Shown here: piece after piece, positions 24,039-39,000 of the stretch
Numbering within the stretch: the stretch's first letter is position 1
Layout: every line of letters begins with the position of its first letter
DNA from: Tubiluchus corallicola
Taxonomy: Eukaryota > Animalia > Priapulida
Assembly (NCBI GenBank): GCA_030141605.1
Contig: JAQGDQ010000149.1
Coordinates: forward strand, 1-64,000
Direction: 5' to 3'
Length of the DNA: 64,000 nucleotides
Made by a program: the position numbers and the translations under genes
The notes under the pieces: model-generated
What the model was told of the DNA's origin: nothing
Databases searched by the model: none
What the model saw: the letters and a program-made list of their open reading frames with translations, nothing else

Positions 24039-27000
24039 CTGAAACATAATACCAAAACAAAGACAATTTGTTATAATATTATCATTTGAGGTTATGTGAA
24101 ATATGTGGAAATATTACAAGTCTTACAGCAGTTTCATCGTAAGAAATCAATTTAAAAAAAATTAATATTGAATCTTCACACCCAATCACCCGCGATTAAT
24201 AATATTCTAAATGATGAAACCAAAAATATCTGCTAATTCGTGTTCACATATATTTAATAATACAGTAACAATGTAATGGACTTTTATCCCCTAATTAACG
24301 CTTTTTCATAACACACAAAACTTTACGACATAACTTTATAAAAAACTTACTTTATTATAAATTCTGCAAAACCTATCTGCGATGGTTATTTTGCAACAGA
24401 TTACTAAATATTACTAATGAGGTTGCAAACTTACGTGTAGGCAGTCTGTCTTTACTGCTACACATCTCAGGATTCACACTGCTTCCATGCTTCATGAGGT
24501 TTGATGGTGTGGTGGATGCTATCACATCTATAAGCTCTTCATCTAATAAGTCTGTTTGCAATTGTGCAAAGTTGACAAAAACCTGAATAAAGACATAAGT
24601 GCATGTTAGCCTGGACGAAACCATGTTACAGTAAAATCTGAAGGAGAAATAATTTTTATACGTTTAAGAGCTTGCATTAATCTTTAACTGCTTAGGAGAT
24701 GTTAAAAAGATGAGATACATTGTAACTGATCAGAATGTCAATATGCAAAGGTTAGATTTTTCACTATCTTGTTAGATTAAGCCTCTTTTATTGGACTGAT
24801 CTTGAGCCATGTCTTGATACACTGTGGGCCATGATTCCCCACTGACAGATCTTTAGTAGCTTCTAGCATAAATTTCTAACTCTGGAAAGCCAGCATGCCT
24901 CTGTGATGTAGTGCTTAGTAAAGCAGAAGGCCTGGGTGCAAGTCACAGTGGAGATGGAAAAATTGTTCAAACTTTCAAATTTAGTATAGTTATTGCACAT
25001 TTATTATATTGTCATACTGTAACCCAGTATTTGGAAAAAATGTGAGCATAAACAGTTCTGGCAAGGTTATGATAAATTATAACACTATTTATGACTACAG
25101 CATCATTAAATAGCACTAATCCATAGGCTAAAGCATAACACCATTTAAAATAATAACTCATTTTATAATATGGATACTTATGCAAAATAGTACTTAAGTA
25201 CTGAGACTGAAAAATACCTGATCTAATGTTGTCTGACTAACAGAATAGTCTTCTATTGAATACTGTCTACGAGCAGACTCCATGGTACGGAACAAAACAG
25301 ACAAAGCCAGCTGTTGAGAAGGCAGTTGATATTGCAGCTGATTATGATGTTGTTCCTAAACCAAAAACAAGAAAATTAATAAAAATAAGTAAATAAGATT
25401 TGCTAATAATTGTCACTTATCAATGAGTTTGCCTAGTTTTCCTTTCCAATGTTGTAAAGATTTCCAATTTTTTTAGATCTGTTAGTGTGGTAAGCAATAA
25501 CAATATGAAATTTTACATCAAAACAAACTGGAGAGACTTTTAAGGTTAACTTGTTTATTCTAAACTAAAGATATTTACATGATGAGCAAGTAATTATTTA
25601 GGACTTTAGCAAGTTACTAAAGTTACACCGACCTACATATAACATGTAACATCTTTGTTATAACATATACAAAATTCATACTAGAAGCAGTTTTTTACAA
25701 AACACCTTAAAACAAAAAAATCATTATTTGAATTATGTTATTACTAGCAGCGAAGTAAAAATTAAGCAGTAGTAAAGTAAGATGCAAGCAGCAATCATTA
25801 ACAAAGTAAAATTAAAGTAGTAGCGAAGTAAGTTGACAAAAATAATCAATGCAGCAAAAACATAAAAGTAACAAAACAGACGCGAAAATCAGTGAATCAT
25901 GAAGTAAATATTAAGCAGTAATTTTTTAAGGTAGAATTTCTAATTTATAATTAGGGTTGGTGGATTATTCTTACTTTTAAAATTGCACCAGGAAAGCTTG
26001 TTACTACAAAATGCATCACTGGTCCAAGATCAGGCCAGTCACCAGATACCCTTATGATCAACGTATATCCTTCACCAAACCTGAAATTAATAAAAAATAT
26101 ATAATGTAGGCGCAAAATGCAACAAGGTTTGAAAATGCAAATTAAAATGAAACTCTGTCAAATAGATTGCTTGAAAAACGACAAATAACTAAATGAAATA
26201 TTTGAATAATTAAACTGTCAACTTTGTCAAGTAACTGAGCAGTACCTTCTACATAATTTGCAAGGAGTCATATAAAATATCTGCAAAATAACAATTTACA
26301 GAAAACACTTGCAAACTCAGGCAGTTTGATCACTTTTCAACATTTTTGTAAGAACTTATCCTTACATGCTAACACTATTGGTAATCTATCATTTTACATT
26401 ACCTCACCACAAATTTAATCAGTCAACTTGGCAAATGGAGTCTTATACCTTATAGGTATACTAACGTATTCGAAATTTTATTTAAAGCCAGCAATTCAGT
26501 CGATTAAGTTTTGACTTGTCGAATATTCTATTAATCAAGATACTAGTCTACCAGGCTACTCGCATATAGCTGATTGGGACTTGACAACGATATTTTCCAT
26601 AAATTGGTGGCTAGTGGTCAAGAAATTCAGTATTTTAAGACCTAGTTTACTAGAATTGAAACTGTCAGGTGAGCTGCTGCCAAAGATCCAGACCAGAAGT
26701 GTGAATATATGAAAACCCGATTCTTCAGAATACAGATTATGGGAATTGTTCATTGCCTCAATACGTTGGCTAACTCAGGAAAACCGATTTAAGTGATAAA
26801 GAGCTAAACACATGACAAAAAAACATAAAATATATTGTTATAACATACAAAACTAATAATATGATTATGCACTCGAATGCAGCATAACATTACATAAGTG
26901 TACAAGTCACCCAAAAATTTAGGATGCGAAGGATGTTGCAGGTTCTCTTACTTTTACACTGTTAACATCTTGAGACCTTCGGAAAGTGATATCACATGAG

Positions 27001-30000
27001 GTAAAGAAGTTATTTACTACCCAGCATACCTATTTTTGAGATGTTGCGTGCTCCCGAGACATTTGAAAGAACCATTTACCATGATGGCTAATCTTGTACA
27101 AAGAGCTTCACACTCTTCCATACTGAAACAGAAAGCTGATATAAAAAACTGTTTACTAAACTTTGTTTATAGTAATAGTTTCCATGTGCAAAGGTGAATG
27201 CTAACTGAGATATTTATGTTATTAAGACAAAATTAGATGTACGAAATTTGTAGCTATTATAAGGTTTATGTCAAGACTGTTCTATGGAACGACATTTCCG
27301 AAAACTATAAAAGTAGCAACAAGGTTCAGTAGCGTCTACAAAGTACTACATCAATACTGAAAAGTCTTACCTGTGTGAAGTTAAGATAACAGATCTGCCA
27401 TCTTTTACAATAGACAGGATACAATTCCACAAAAATCTTCTTGATTTTGGATCCATGCCTGTGGTCGGTTCATCCTATAAGCACAAAGGAAGTATATTTT
27501 TACATAAATGTTAAAGTTTTTATGAAAATGAGCAATTTAATATTAATAATTTAAAATTAGCTTCCTACCAACCCTAATACTAGGTATTATGGCAAAATAT
27601 AAAAATAACTAACTTATATAATATAAGTAATACTGAATCTTTGATAGCAAAAACACCAAATCAAAAGGTTTAAGTAGCTTTTAGTTATGAATTAGTCATA
27701 ATTACAGGTAATTACGATTAAACATGACATTTGTAGTTATTCGCATTTGCAACTAAACCTATTACTCCAAGAATAGAGTTTGTTTCTAATGACAATGCTG
27801 AACTGAGCTAACAGGAGAAGTATTTTAAATCTGTGATGCAGCAGATTCTGACAAAGAAAGTAAAGCAAGTATCTTTCAAGAGTTGTACAGTAAATGTCAA
27901 TAAACATAACTGCACAAAAAATAACTACATCAACAAATTTGAGTCGATAAACAGGAACACTGAACTGCTGATTTCTGAGTTTGTCAAATCAATAAAGTAA
28001 ACCAAAACTGACCAACAAAAGTTAGTAATCTGAGTTCTTTAAGTTAAACTGATTACATTCAGGAAAGCGTAAGGGTTATAATAAGTGCATTAGTACCAGA
28101 AAAATAACTGGTGGATTTCCAATAAGAGCAATGGCCGTTGACAACTTTCTTTTATTTCCTCCAGAATAAGTTCCAGCGGGTTTAGATTCATACTCCTTTA
28201 ATCCCAAGCGCCGTATGCCCCAATCAGCAACCTATAGTATCAGAAAAATTTCAGAGAAAAATTAATGAACTGAAAATATGTGCAATCTGAAATAAAGCTG
28301 AGCAAATTGTACTATTAAGCCATTGTCTATGGAAAATTAAAAAGATCTCAACATGACCATTAATACCTGCATACAGAAAATGCCTTGAAAGCATACACAT
28401 ATAATATAAAACCTATTTGCTATCTGCTTTGCTGTAGGATTTTATATTAACTGATCAGTGATTAAGTATTAATCAGTGATTAACTGAAAAGGTTCGTTCC
28501 ATAAGTCTATCGTTGCTTAAAAATAGCAATACCTCTTTGACATGTGCTTCAGGAATTCCACGAAGACGAGCATAGAACTGCAAGTGTTCAGCTCCAGTTA
28601 ACAAAGGACATAATGCATCAAACTGTGGACAGTAACCAAGATCTTGATGTACTTTTTCCAAATTTGATAAAATGCTAAAAACAAAAAGCATTTAACAGTT
28701 TTTGAAAAAACAGCTAAAAAATCCAGTGTGTACCAAAATTTTTTAAAGAAAAACATAACTATGGTAACTACTCACACTATCAATATAGAAATTACTGCAC
28801 ACATCAGCACATTCTGCAAGCAAAGTGCAAGTTTTTTCATAAAACATTTGTGCTTTCTTTCATAAAACATGTGTGCTTTCTCTATATACAATTACACTTT
28901 CCATGCACAAGATTAAGTTTTACCTAAAACCATTCAAGAAGGCATTTCCAGCATCAACAGCAATATCTCCAGTCAGCATTTTAAATGTAGTAGTTTTACC
29001 AGCTCCATTTACACCAAGAAGGCCAAAGCACTCGCCTTTAGGCACACCCACACACAATCTATCCACTGCTGTTAGTTTTCCTTTCTTAATCTTGAAAACC
29101 TGTTAGACGCAATTAATTTTTAATTAAAAAACATAATAGTTGCTCAGAATTAAGGTGAGATGCCCAAACACTGCTTGATTAATTGTTACCATTACACAAT
29201 ATTGCTAAAAAGAATGCACTATTATAAACTATCATAAGTTATTATATCCCTTGTGTTTTTTTCTAAATTCTGACATAATTTCTAGCACTTCATTCATTTA
29301 GCATATAACTTTATAACAAACTAAATAGCATATTTTATATGTTATTTTAGTTTAAGAGTTCAAGAGTTTATACATAGTTTATAGCAAATAAACTAACTAT
29401 AAACTTTATATAGCACACTAATTTAGTGTCTCCAAAAAAGCTAGAAGTCAAAAAAATAAATAAAAAAGCAATTAAGTGAGGAGTGTCATATAAAATTCAC
29501 AAAACCCTCTGTATACTATACCTTGGTTAGTTCTTTTAGCAAAAGCATGGAATCTCCAGCTTGTCCACTCATAACTCTTCCTCTTTCTCGCATCACATCT
29601 TCATCCTCGGGTTCAAATGTAATTGCTTCCCGTGGAGCAACTGCCCTGAAATTAGTGTAATCAGATGAATGTTATTTGTTAAGCAAACCAACAAATGAAA
29701 ACAACATCTTGAAAAAAGTACTTAGTAAGGCAATTGGTTCACTTTTCCACACAGTTAGCATTTGTAATACCAAAATGTATGAGTTTGTGCTACAAAAGTA
29801 GTAAAATTTTCAGTACGTACTTTGGTCTCCAAAAAAATCTGTACTGACATAACAGATTAAATGCAAAAAATCCAAATCCTTCTACAATCATTGCCACTAT
29901 ATTCCGTCCAAGAAACTCCCACTGAAAAGGATTTTTCCACACATACTCTCCATACTGGGCAAATGTGTCAAGAAGAATTTGATTTACAGCCATGTCCATG

Positions 30001-33000
30001 AGGCCTCGCCCCAAACAGTAATGTGGAAAAATAAGGAATATTCGCATTAGGTAGTGGTTGATCCGGTCCAAATCCTGAAAAATACTCATTTATTTTACTA
30101 TCTAAACTTCTTGCAGGCTATTAAATGTTGGTAGTATTTTGACTGGTTGGCAGTATTTCTGCAAGGACGAGTTCTGGAACACCAAGTGTGACTAAATGCA
30201 ATTGTTACTAAACAGACTTGGGGTGCTACTTAACTGTCATAACCAGGTACATGTAGTCAACGCTCAGCTGTTCCTTTTGCTGTTAGTTACAATTTAATTA
30301 ATTGAACGTATTTCAGATTATTAATAATTATAACAGTAATTAATTTAACAATAACATTAGTTTTCTGGGCACTGAGATTATTTGCAGCCCCACGTTTTTT
30401 ATTTGCAGCCCAATGGCACCACTAATGTCTGAAACGAAACAGAGGGTGTTAATGATGCCAGAAGGTTGCAAGTGAAAAACCAAAGGACACAAATGTTCAT
30501 GATGCTTAAAAAGTGAGTGTAATTGTTATTATTACCAATATTAACTTCACTTAAAACACGATAAATTTATTCACCACAAATTTCTAGTTAATAATACAGC
30601 AGGCGCCGCTTAATAGACTCAAGGTTAATAGACTCAATCGCTTAATTGACTCAAAAACGTCTGGTATGGGCGGCTTCTATTTACATGTACATAAATTGTC
30701 GGTAATTGACTCAAATGTCCGCATATTTTTCCTTCACGTACTTAAAATAAGACATTTGTATGTGCCCAAAAAGCCTTTGCTACTTTATGTCATATTTGCT
30801 TTGCTTTTGTGCACTATAATATATGTAGTATCAATCATGTTAAATACTGTTTTGTTTGTAAGCAGATGCGTTTATCATGCGCTAATACGCTAGCGTAGCA
30901 GCTTTGCTTTGAATCTGTTACCCGCTCGTCCATTGCAATTAACCTCGTTACCCAAGAATTTCTGGAAGCTAAATATTTGATCACTTGTCTAGCAGTTTCC
31001 CCTTAAAGCTCTTGTTGCAAATCAAGCTTTCTCGCTTAATCAGCCAGTATTCTTTGTGACATAGGGTTAGAGCATAGAATTAAGAAGTCTGAAAAAGTGC
31101 AACTCAAGCACACCAAACTCTAAATGTTTTATGAGAATACATGCATCACACAGCAACAGATTTTCAACTTTTCATAATTATGAGAACTTTGTGAGCCAAA
31201 TCTTCACGATAAAGCGAAGCAGCCGACATTGAAGAAGTTTTGCAAATAAACGGACTTGTGTGATTTTTAAAAGTATACTTTTTAATTTATTACTATTTTA
31301 AAATATATTTTTTAAATATTTAAGTGCAGAAAGGAATTTAGGCATTATTTCATTTTAAAATACATTTAAAACCATTGCAGTGCATACTAAGCTGATGACC
31401 CATAAAGTAATACGATACCCATTCATAAAGTAATACTATACCCATCGGTTAATAGGTTCGGTCGGTTAACTGGGTCAAAACACTGGTCCCAAAGTGAGTC
31501 TATTAAGCGACGCCTACTGTAATACCAAAAAATGTCAGTACCTTTGCTGCTAATAACAACCGGCAGTTAACAGTCGTTAATACTTCTTTATGATGACGGA
31601 CTGTTTCGTTAATTCCCGTTGCTAATAACGACAGGATATTAATGGTCGTTGGGTGATTCTCTATTATGACTACGATTGTTTAAATAGTGCCTGTGTTCTG
31701 TACATTAATACAGTTCCCCTTGTAACAATCATACTAATAATTATTGAATTCTTCCACTGCAAAGTTAATCATAGTCCAGCCCTACCTCTTCACCCAAGTT
31801 CTCTAGAATATAGGTAGCACAGGTAGCAACGACTCCTATGAATAAGTTTACACAAGATAAAACCACAAAGGCTGTGCTGGGAACATTAAAGAGAAAACTT
31901 GCGGGGTACATCATGGGTATGATCGACCATCTGTAAAAATCATCAGCAAAAATTATTTATTTGTGTAAACCTAATTATATTTTTTATAACAAGACTGTTC
32001 AGTCTTATTGAGTATTAGTTAATACACCATTTCTACACAGAAACTAAGTAAACTATCTGTCAGACTAAATCATTTAGTCTCTTAATTGACTTTTTGAGAA
32101 CAGACATGAAATTGAACAGATTTCCAAATCAGTGGAGATAATGGTAATTTACATCTTTTTAAATTAAATTTTTTTAGCATAACAAGTGAAATTACACACA
32201 AGGATTCAGGTTCAATCTCAATTTTTACTGTCAGGTGTCTATAGGTCTCCAATATATGCCCCAGCCTACTAGGAAGCAAGTCTAACCAATACCATATTAG
32301 TTTACTTATGGTAATTATTATGGAAACACCAAGTGTGTTATAATGAGTATGGCAATTTATTGTTTTGGTGTTGCTGTGTGCCTGGCCCACCACAGAAGGG
32401 GTGACTGAGTTTCTGGTCCCCGATAAGGAATGACAGGAGGATTAGAAATGGAATGGGCAGACTGGAAATCATATGCTTTCAGTCATTACTTATTTTAGGT
32501 GTAGAGCCCAGTAGTTCTTCAAGCCAAATGACAAGTTCTACACAAATTTCCAAGACAATAATGTACAAGAATTAAATAGCAAAATTTATATTAAAATTAG
32601 CAAATTGCAGTATTCCATTTGATCATGTTTAATTCTTTATGATCGATTCTGGCACGTTTTTACTAATGAAGAGGTTCACATGTCGAGAAAGATGTGTCTT
32701 GCCAGTTTTCCATTATCTAGCATTTAAAACCTTTTTCTTTTTAGTTTGTATGGAGTATTTTAAATTGATCCCATTAAAAACTACAATTGTTTTTTGCAAT
32801 GACATGAAAATTAGTATGACTGATGACATAATGAAACAGATGAACCAAAAGTAACTCACCCGTAAAGTATCATAAGTACTAGCAGAGCAGGAAAGTTGCC
32901 AGCTGATACATAAGCTTCTTGGTTGAATATGAGAAATATGATGATGCATAGCACACAGGATATCATGTAGTTGCACTAAAAATAAGCAAAAAATTTCAGC

Positions 33001-36000
33001 AAACACCAATAGTTAACTACCACAGAAAGCAAAAACTGCTTATAGTCCTCATACTAGTATTAACAACTAGTGTATTTTTTAAATATCTGTTTTAAAGTTT
33101 CACACTGGTGAGCATGATCAAGTAATATCAATCGAAACCAGGCAATAGTAACACATCAAAGAGTAAAATAAACATAATTGTTTTAAACATTTCAAATTCA
33201 CACAAAATTTCATGAACCGCAATAACATAAATATTAGCAAATTTACAGTTTGTGATTCAACAAATATTGTAGAAACAGCTGTTTTTCTGCCAAATATAAA
33301 GATTATATACCAGCGAAACCTATGTGGTAACAAACATCAGTAATAAATAGCTTCACATTGGCACTGTCATCAGCTTAACACTCGAAATCTGTTCTTTAAG
33401 AAACTGATTAGAGTTTACTTACAATATCCCAGCAGAAGTTTGCAGTCCAATACATTATTGGCTTTACTCCACTCACAAACTGAAGATGTTTTGCACCAGA
33501 TATTCTCTCATCAATTAAGTACATGACAAAACTTGCTGGTATGAATGACATTGCAAATATAACGCAAATGGCTATAGACAAAGCTGTAAACTCCTGTCCT
33601 CTGTAAAAACAACCAAGTTAAAAAAATAAGTTTGAAACAGACAGATAAAGTATTTCAAATAAATAACACCAAACATAACTTAGGACAAAATTTTTAGTAA
33701 ATAGTAAATTGTCAGCTACCATAGGCGCCACTTAATAGACTCAATTGATTAATTACCCAAAAGGCCTGGAACGGGCTGCTTCTATTCAAATATGCATAAA
33801 AACTATCGGTAATTGATTCAAATAACTCTGCACAATTGACTCAATATTTTTCCTTCACGTACTTAAAATAAGATATTTGTATGCAGCCAAAGAACTTTTC
33901 CTACTTTTATGTCATCTTTAGTTCCTTTTTGTGCACTATGTGTGCAGAAACGATCATATTAAGTACTGTTTTGTTTATAAGCAGGTACGTTTATCATGCA
34001 CTAATACGCTAGTGTAGAGGTTTTGCTTTGAATCCGTTACCCGCTCGCCCACTGTTACAAAAGAATTTCTGGAAGCTAAACATTTAATCACTTGCCAAGT
34101 GGTTTCCTTTTGATGCTCTCGTTGCAAATCATGCTTTCAGGTTTAATGAGTTAACAGTCAAAGATGCAGTTACAGTAATTAGCCGGTGTTCCTTGTCACT
34201 TACAAGAGTGAACATCATACAGCAAATAACGGCAATGTAAGTGAGCAGATGATTCAAAACTGTTTTAGTCACACACAACAGATTTTCAGCATTTTTATAA
34301 TTACAAGAACTTTGTGGCCCGACTTCTTCGCGAGAAAATGAAGCAGCCGACTTTGAAGGAATTTTTGTAATTTTTGCAAATAAACAGACTTAGAAAATCT
34401 GTGATTTAGAAAATATACTTTTTAATTTATTGCTAATTCACTTATATAAATAAATATTTTAATATACTGTTTCTAAATTTTAACTGCACAAAGGAATTTA
34501 GGCATTACTTCATTTCTAAAATTCATTAAAAACCTTTGCAGTGCATAGTAAGCTGATGACTCATACTTCTACCTGTAATACCACACCCATCGGTTAATAG
34601 GTTCAGTCGGTTAATTGGGTCAAAACACATCGGTCCCAAAGTGAGTCTATTAAGCGGTGCCTACTGTATTTGTAATATGGTACTATTCTAGATTATATTC
34701 AAGCTGGGAAGTACTATTTTTGTCTACTTCTAAATACTGTATCTCACTATGTTTCCTAATGATGCATAACTCAGCAGTTCAGTTAGATTGCAAAAAGCTT
34801 AATTTGCAACACGTGAAATTCAAACTAAGACTGTTACTATTTTACATAATATTGATGTATATAAGAAGCTACATTGCTGTATACAATCAGAGAGTGAAAA
34901 TAGGGTCAGATTCAATGATTTTGTCAATGATATCGATTTTAGAGAAGTTAAAACTTCAAGCCTTTTCAGCAAATGAATGTCAATTCCAGCATTTTTTGGC
35001 CTTTATTAGGCCTTAGTATTAGCATCTAAGGACTATTTATCGCAAAAGTTTTACTAGAAAAACCTTATAGTTTTTGTAGTTTTTACATGAAAAAGTGCAC
35101 CCTTGACAGCAAAAATGTAGTAACCTTTCTCCAACAAATATTTTATTGGTAATCCACTCTTCTTATACAGCTTGTGTATAGGAACCGTAAACTTACAAAA
35201 CTTGATTCTGCAACTGTTGTTGAGTCAAGTTCATTGGGTGATTAATACAGCTGATTCCATAGTCACTTGGATCCGAGTCATTCACGAGCTTTGCCCGAAG
35301 TTGCATGTTACTCATAGAATTCATGTAAGCGACCATCGCTGCCCAACCTTTGTTGTTAAACCAAACCTGAAGAAATAATGAAGTAACTGTACAGTCACCT
35401 TCTGTGTTCCTCATTTCCCTTATCTGCTGAATGCATTTGAAGAATATTTTACATCACTTAACAATAGTAATGGAGAAAATTGAATTACATTAAAAAGCAC
35501 AAAACTGGTGACAGAGAATTGTGACTATAGCACAATGATGCAATTCAATTACCAAAAGGGGAATGGAAAAGGTCACTAAATACTTATGTATGCTCATATC
35601 ACATAAACCTTTGATTGTTTTCAAAAAAACTGGACAGGATTTGCAAACCTAATTCAGGAAATTAAAAATTATGACGACAATAATACGTGCGAAAATAAGT
35701 ACACATTAATAAAAATTATATAAAAAATTTGTTTTTACTGTTTTTCTTTGCACACATTTTACTGGTTAATGTTTGCTAAGACTCCAAAAGTCTTAATGAA
35801 ATATATTACAATTACAATTAATTTGTTTTTCAATCAAGAAAACGGTCTACAGCACATCCCATGTAAACATCTGCAAAATTACCTACTTGTTCTCAATACT
35901 TATTTTGTATGTGTTCCCAGGATTAAAAATGCGTGAATGTCATTAGAATCTATGAACATTTAGCAGCTGATAGTGTAATTTCTACAAGACGTATAAGGTG

Positions 36001-39000
36001 GCCGTGAGCATTTAAAACAGGGAAGGTGTAACTGATTGTGCATATAAGTTTTCAAGATGAACACCTCAACAAAACAGAAAGAAAGACACAGAAAGACAAA
36101 GAGATCACTTATTATGACTTTTTACACATACCATAACATTATTCCTATTAGAAAATCCTTCTATAGATGCAAAGAGGCTGTTCCAAAAGTCGTCTGAAAT
36201 ATTGGCAGCTGCGGACATGTTAGCTAACTGGTCAATTAACATTTCTAAGTCTGATATGTTCCCTGTTCCTGCTTCATTAAACAGTCCCAAAGAAAAACCA
36301 CCATATCTGTAAAACACAACATAAGTAGACAATTTAACAAAGTTCGTTAATATTTATAACTGTAACTGTGTAGTTCATAATACAACATCAAGCAAAATGC
36401 TGTAAACTGACTGAAATTTAAACCAGAAAAAATTAAAAACAGATTAAATTAATGGACTACAAAGCCCGTTATCACAGATCAGATCATGATAACGATGCAG
36501 TAAGTCATTTTACTCTTACCTCTCTCCAATATAATCATCATACGTCATCAACAAGTAATCAGTGACATTGTATCCAGTCATGTTCTGCAATGTATCTGTA
36601 GTGTTCACTTCCTTGAAAGGAGGAGGAAAGCCTCCCGCTCCTGCTGGGCATTCCTGTCAGGGAAAATATTGTTTTGTTTTATAAGTTCAACAAAGAAAAC
36701 AATTGAAAAAGCACCATCGATGGTACAACATAGAAAGCACAACACATAAAAATAACTATTAGTTATTAGAGAACTAGTATGATCTGAAACTATTACTCTT
36801 TAGCAGTTTAAGAAACAATCACACAATTACTCAATGCTCATTGAAGTGAAAAGTAAAAATGAAAGCAAATTAACAACTGAAATCGGATCATAAATAAAGA
36901 GCTACTGTAAGGATTATGCCAGTTTCTATGACATGTTTGCATTAAATATGAGAACTTATGGGATTCAAATTATATTAAGCACAACAGCCATAATACTTGT
37001 CTTACGGTGATATATTAGTAGAAAACATTAAGAAATGACACAAACCTGTGTGTTGTTTCCTAGTACACAGGCATTGTACAGAGGATGCAAGAAGGTGGGT
37101 TTTATGTACTTCAACAACTGCATGTCCATATTTGCAGTTAGATTGTAGAGAAGTTTTTATAGAGTTATGAGTAACACCCATAACTTTAGTCTGTTATGTG
37201 TTCTTAAAGACACTTTGTCATCAAAATTTGTTTTAAAGAAAAATGCCCTCGGTTTACGTAAAGATTTCATTTTTTAAATTTGTTTTTGTTATCCTAGTAT
37301 TTCTCAGGTTATGAAAGTACAACAATCAACAGCAACTTTAATATAATGTATAATGCTAGCCTCTAGAGCATATGAACTGTTAAACCTGAGATGATGAAAA
37401 CTTTAAATAAAGTAAAATCCTCACTATCGAATGCATTTTTAGCATGTATTTACTAAATTAGCATTTTAAAGCAAAATATTTCCTATGCTATAACATCATT
37501 ATACAGTTTTCAAATTCTTCATAACAAGAAAGGCGCCAGTTTAATAAATGATCTGCAATATTAATTACTTTTATAACATTTTTGTAAAAAAATCAATGCT
37601 TTCACTGCACATTGCACAGATTTCCACACTACCCGACGATGACGATGAGTGTTCACGGGAAACGTTGATTTATTTAATAAAAATAATATATAATTAGTTT
37701 ATATTAGTTAATATGGTGGATTATTTATTAAACATTATACATTATAGCTGTTATAGTAGCAAAACTTACTTGAAAGCCAGTTTCCTCGCAGCTGCATGCC
37801 GGACTTGGATTTTCTTCAGTCCAGTTACCATTAGTGAGATAATCAGTGAGGTCATCATCAAGTATGTCCTGCATCCATTCATCACTTTCAACAGGTTCAC
37901 AAGGTAGACCGCTGAACATAGGATAATGTTGCATTAGCTTGTCTGAGACATCTGTTAGAGGTTTTGAGTTCAAACCACAACATACCAACAACTTGTTTGC
38001 TTAAGTTATTGCAAATTTTTCTTAAAGTTACAGAAGTAGGATTGAAAATAAAATAATAAATTTTACAGTACGCATACAAAATTATTATTCATAACTTTAG
38101 TAGAGTAAAAACCTATAACTAGTGGTACTTACTGTATGCTAATGTTATTCATGCACCTGACACCCAAACCAGGTGGTGATAAGAGAGCATTTTCTAAAGA
38201 GTCTGCTTCCACAGTACCTGGTGCTTCATTGCTAAAAATTAAAAATGTGCTACAAAGACAGACCATTTAAATACAAAGTGGAAGCACTGGTCATGCTGGA
38301 TGTAAATAACTGCAACATAGTGTAAACTTGAATATAAAGCCAAGGTAGTAGACATCACCTATTGATTGTATTGTGCTCAAAAACAAGAATAAATGCAACA
38401 TAACATTATAATAGTCATTTTTTTGTTTTCGTCAAGTTTTTTGCATGTTTGACAGTTTGTTTAACTTTTTTAAAATATTTTAAAAATAGCGTAAAAGCAA
38501 AAATGAAATAATTGATTAGAATGATTTCTTTCACCAGTTTTAACAGATAGGATGTCATTATGTGTAGTGAAAAAATGTTATAAAATCATTTCCAGTTTTA
38601 TGGAGCACTCTGGTTTTATAAAGCACATTAGTTGCTAGGTAAATAAACAATACAGCATACCTGAAGAATACATAGTTTGGTGGCCCATAATGCCAAGGAA
38701 CCAACAACAATGGTGGCTGGTTGGATATAGGAGGAGTTATCAGTGCAAATACCATAGCAATACAGACAAATGCAGCAGGCAACACTATCTAGAATAAACA
38801 AACAACTCATTACAATTACTAGTACAAATAATGTAAAACCAAAGAAACCTTTTTTGTACTAGTAATTATTTTATAAAAACAAAAAACTTTTAGCCACAAG
38901 GTCTGCATCCTAATATATGTTAAAACACTTTATATATCTTACGTTTGAGTAAAATTTTCAAAAAGTTTTCAAAAATATTTACACACCTCACAAAAGAAGC

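Noticed and set aside
24900-24960. tRNA/SINE B-box-like sequence
   Set aside because: No cloverleaf and the box is degenerate; not supportable as a tRNA.
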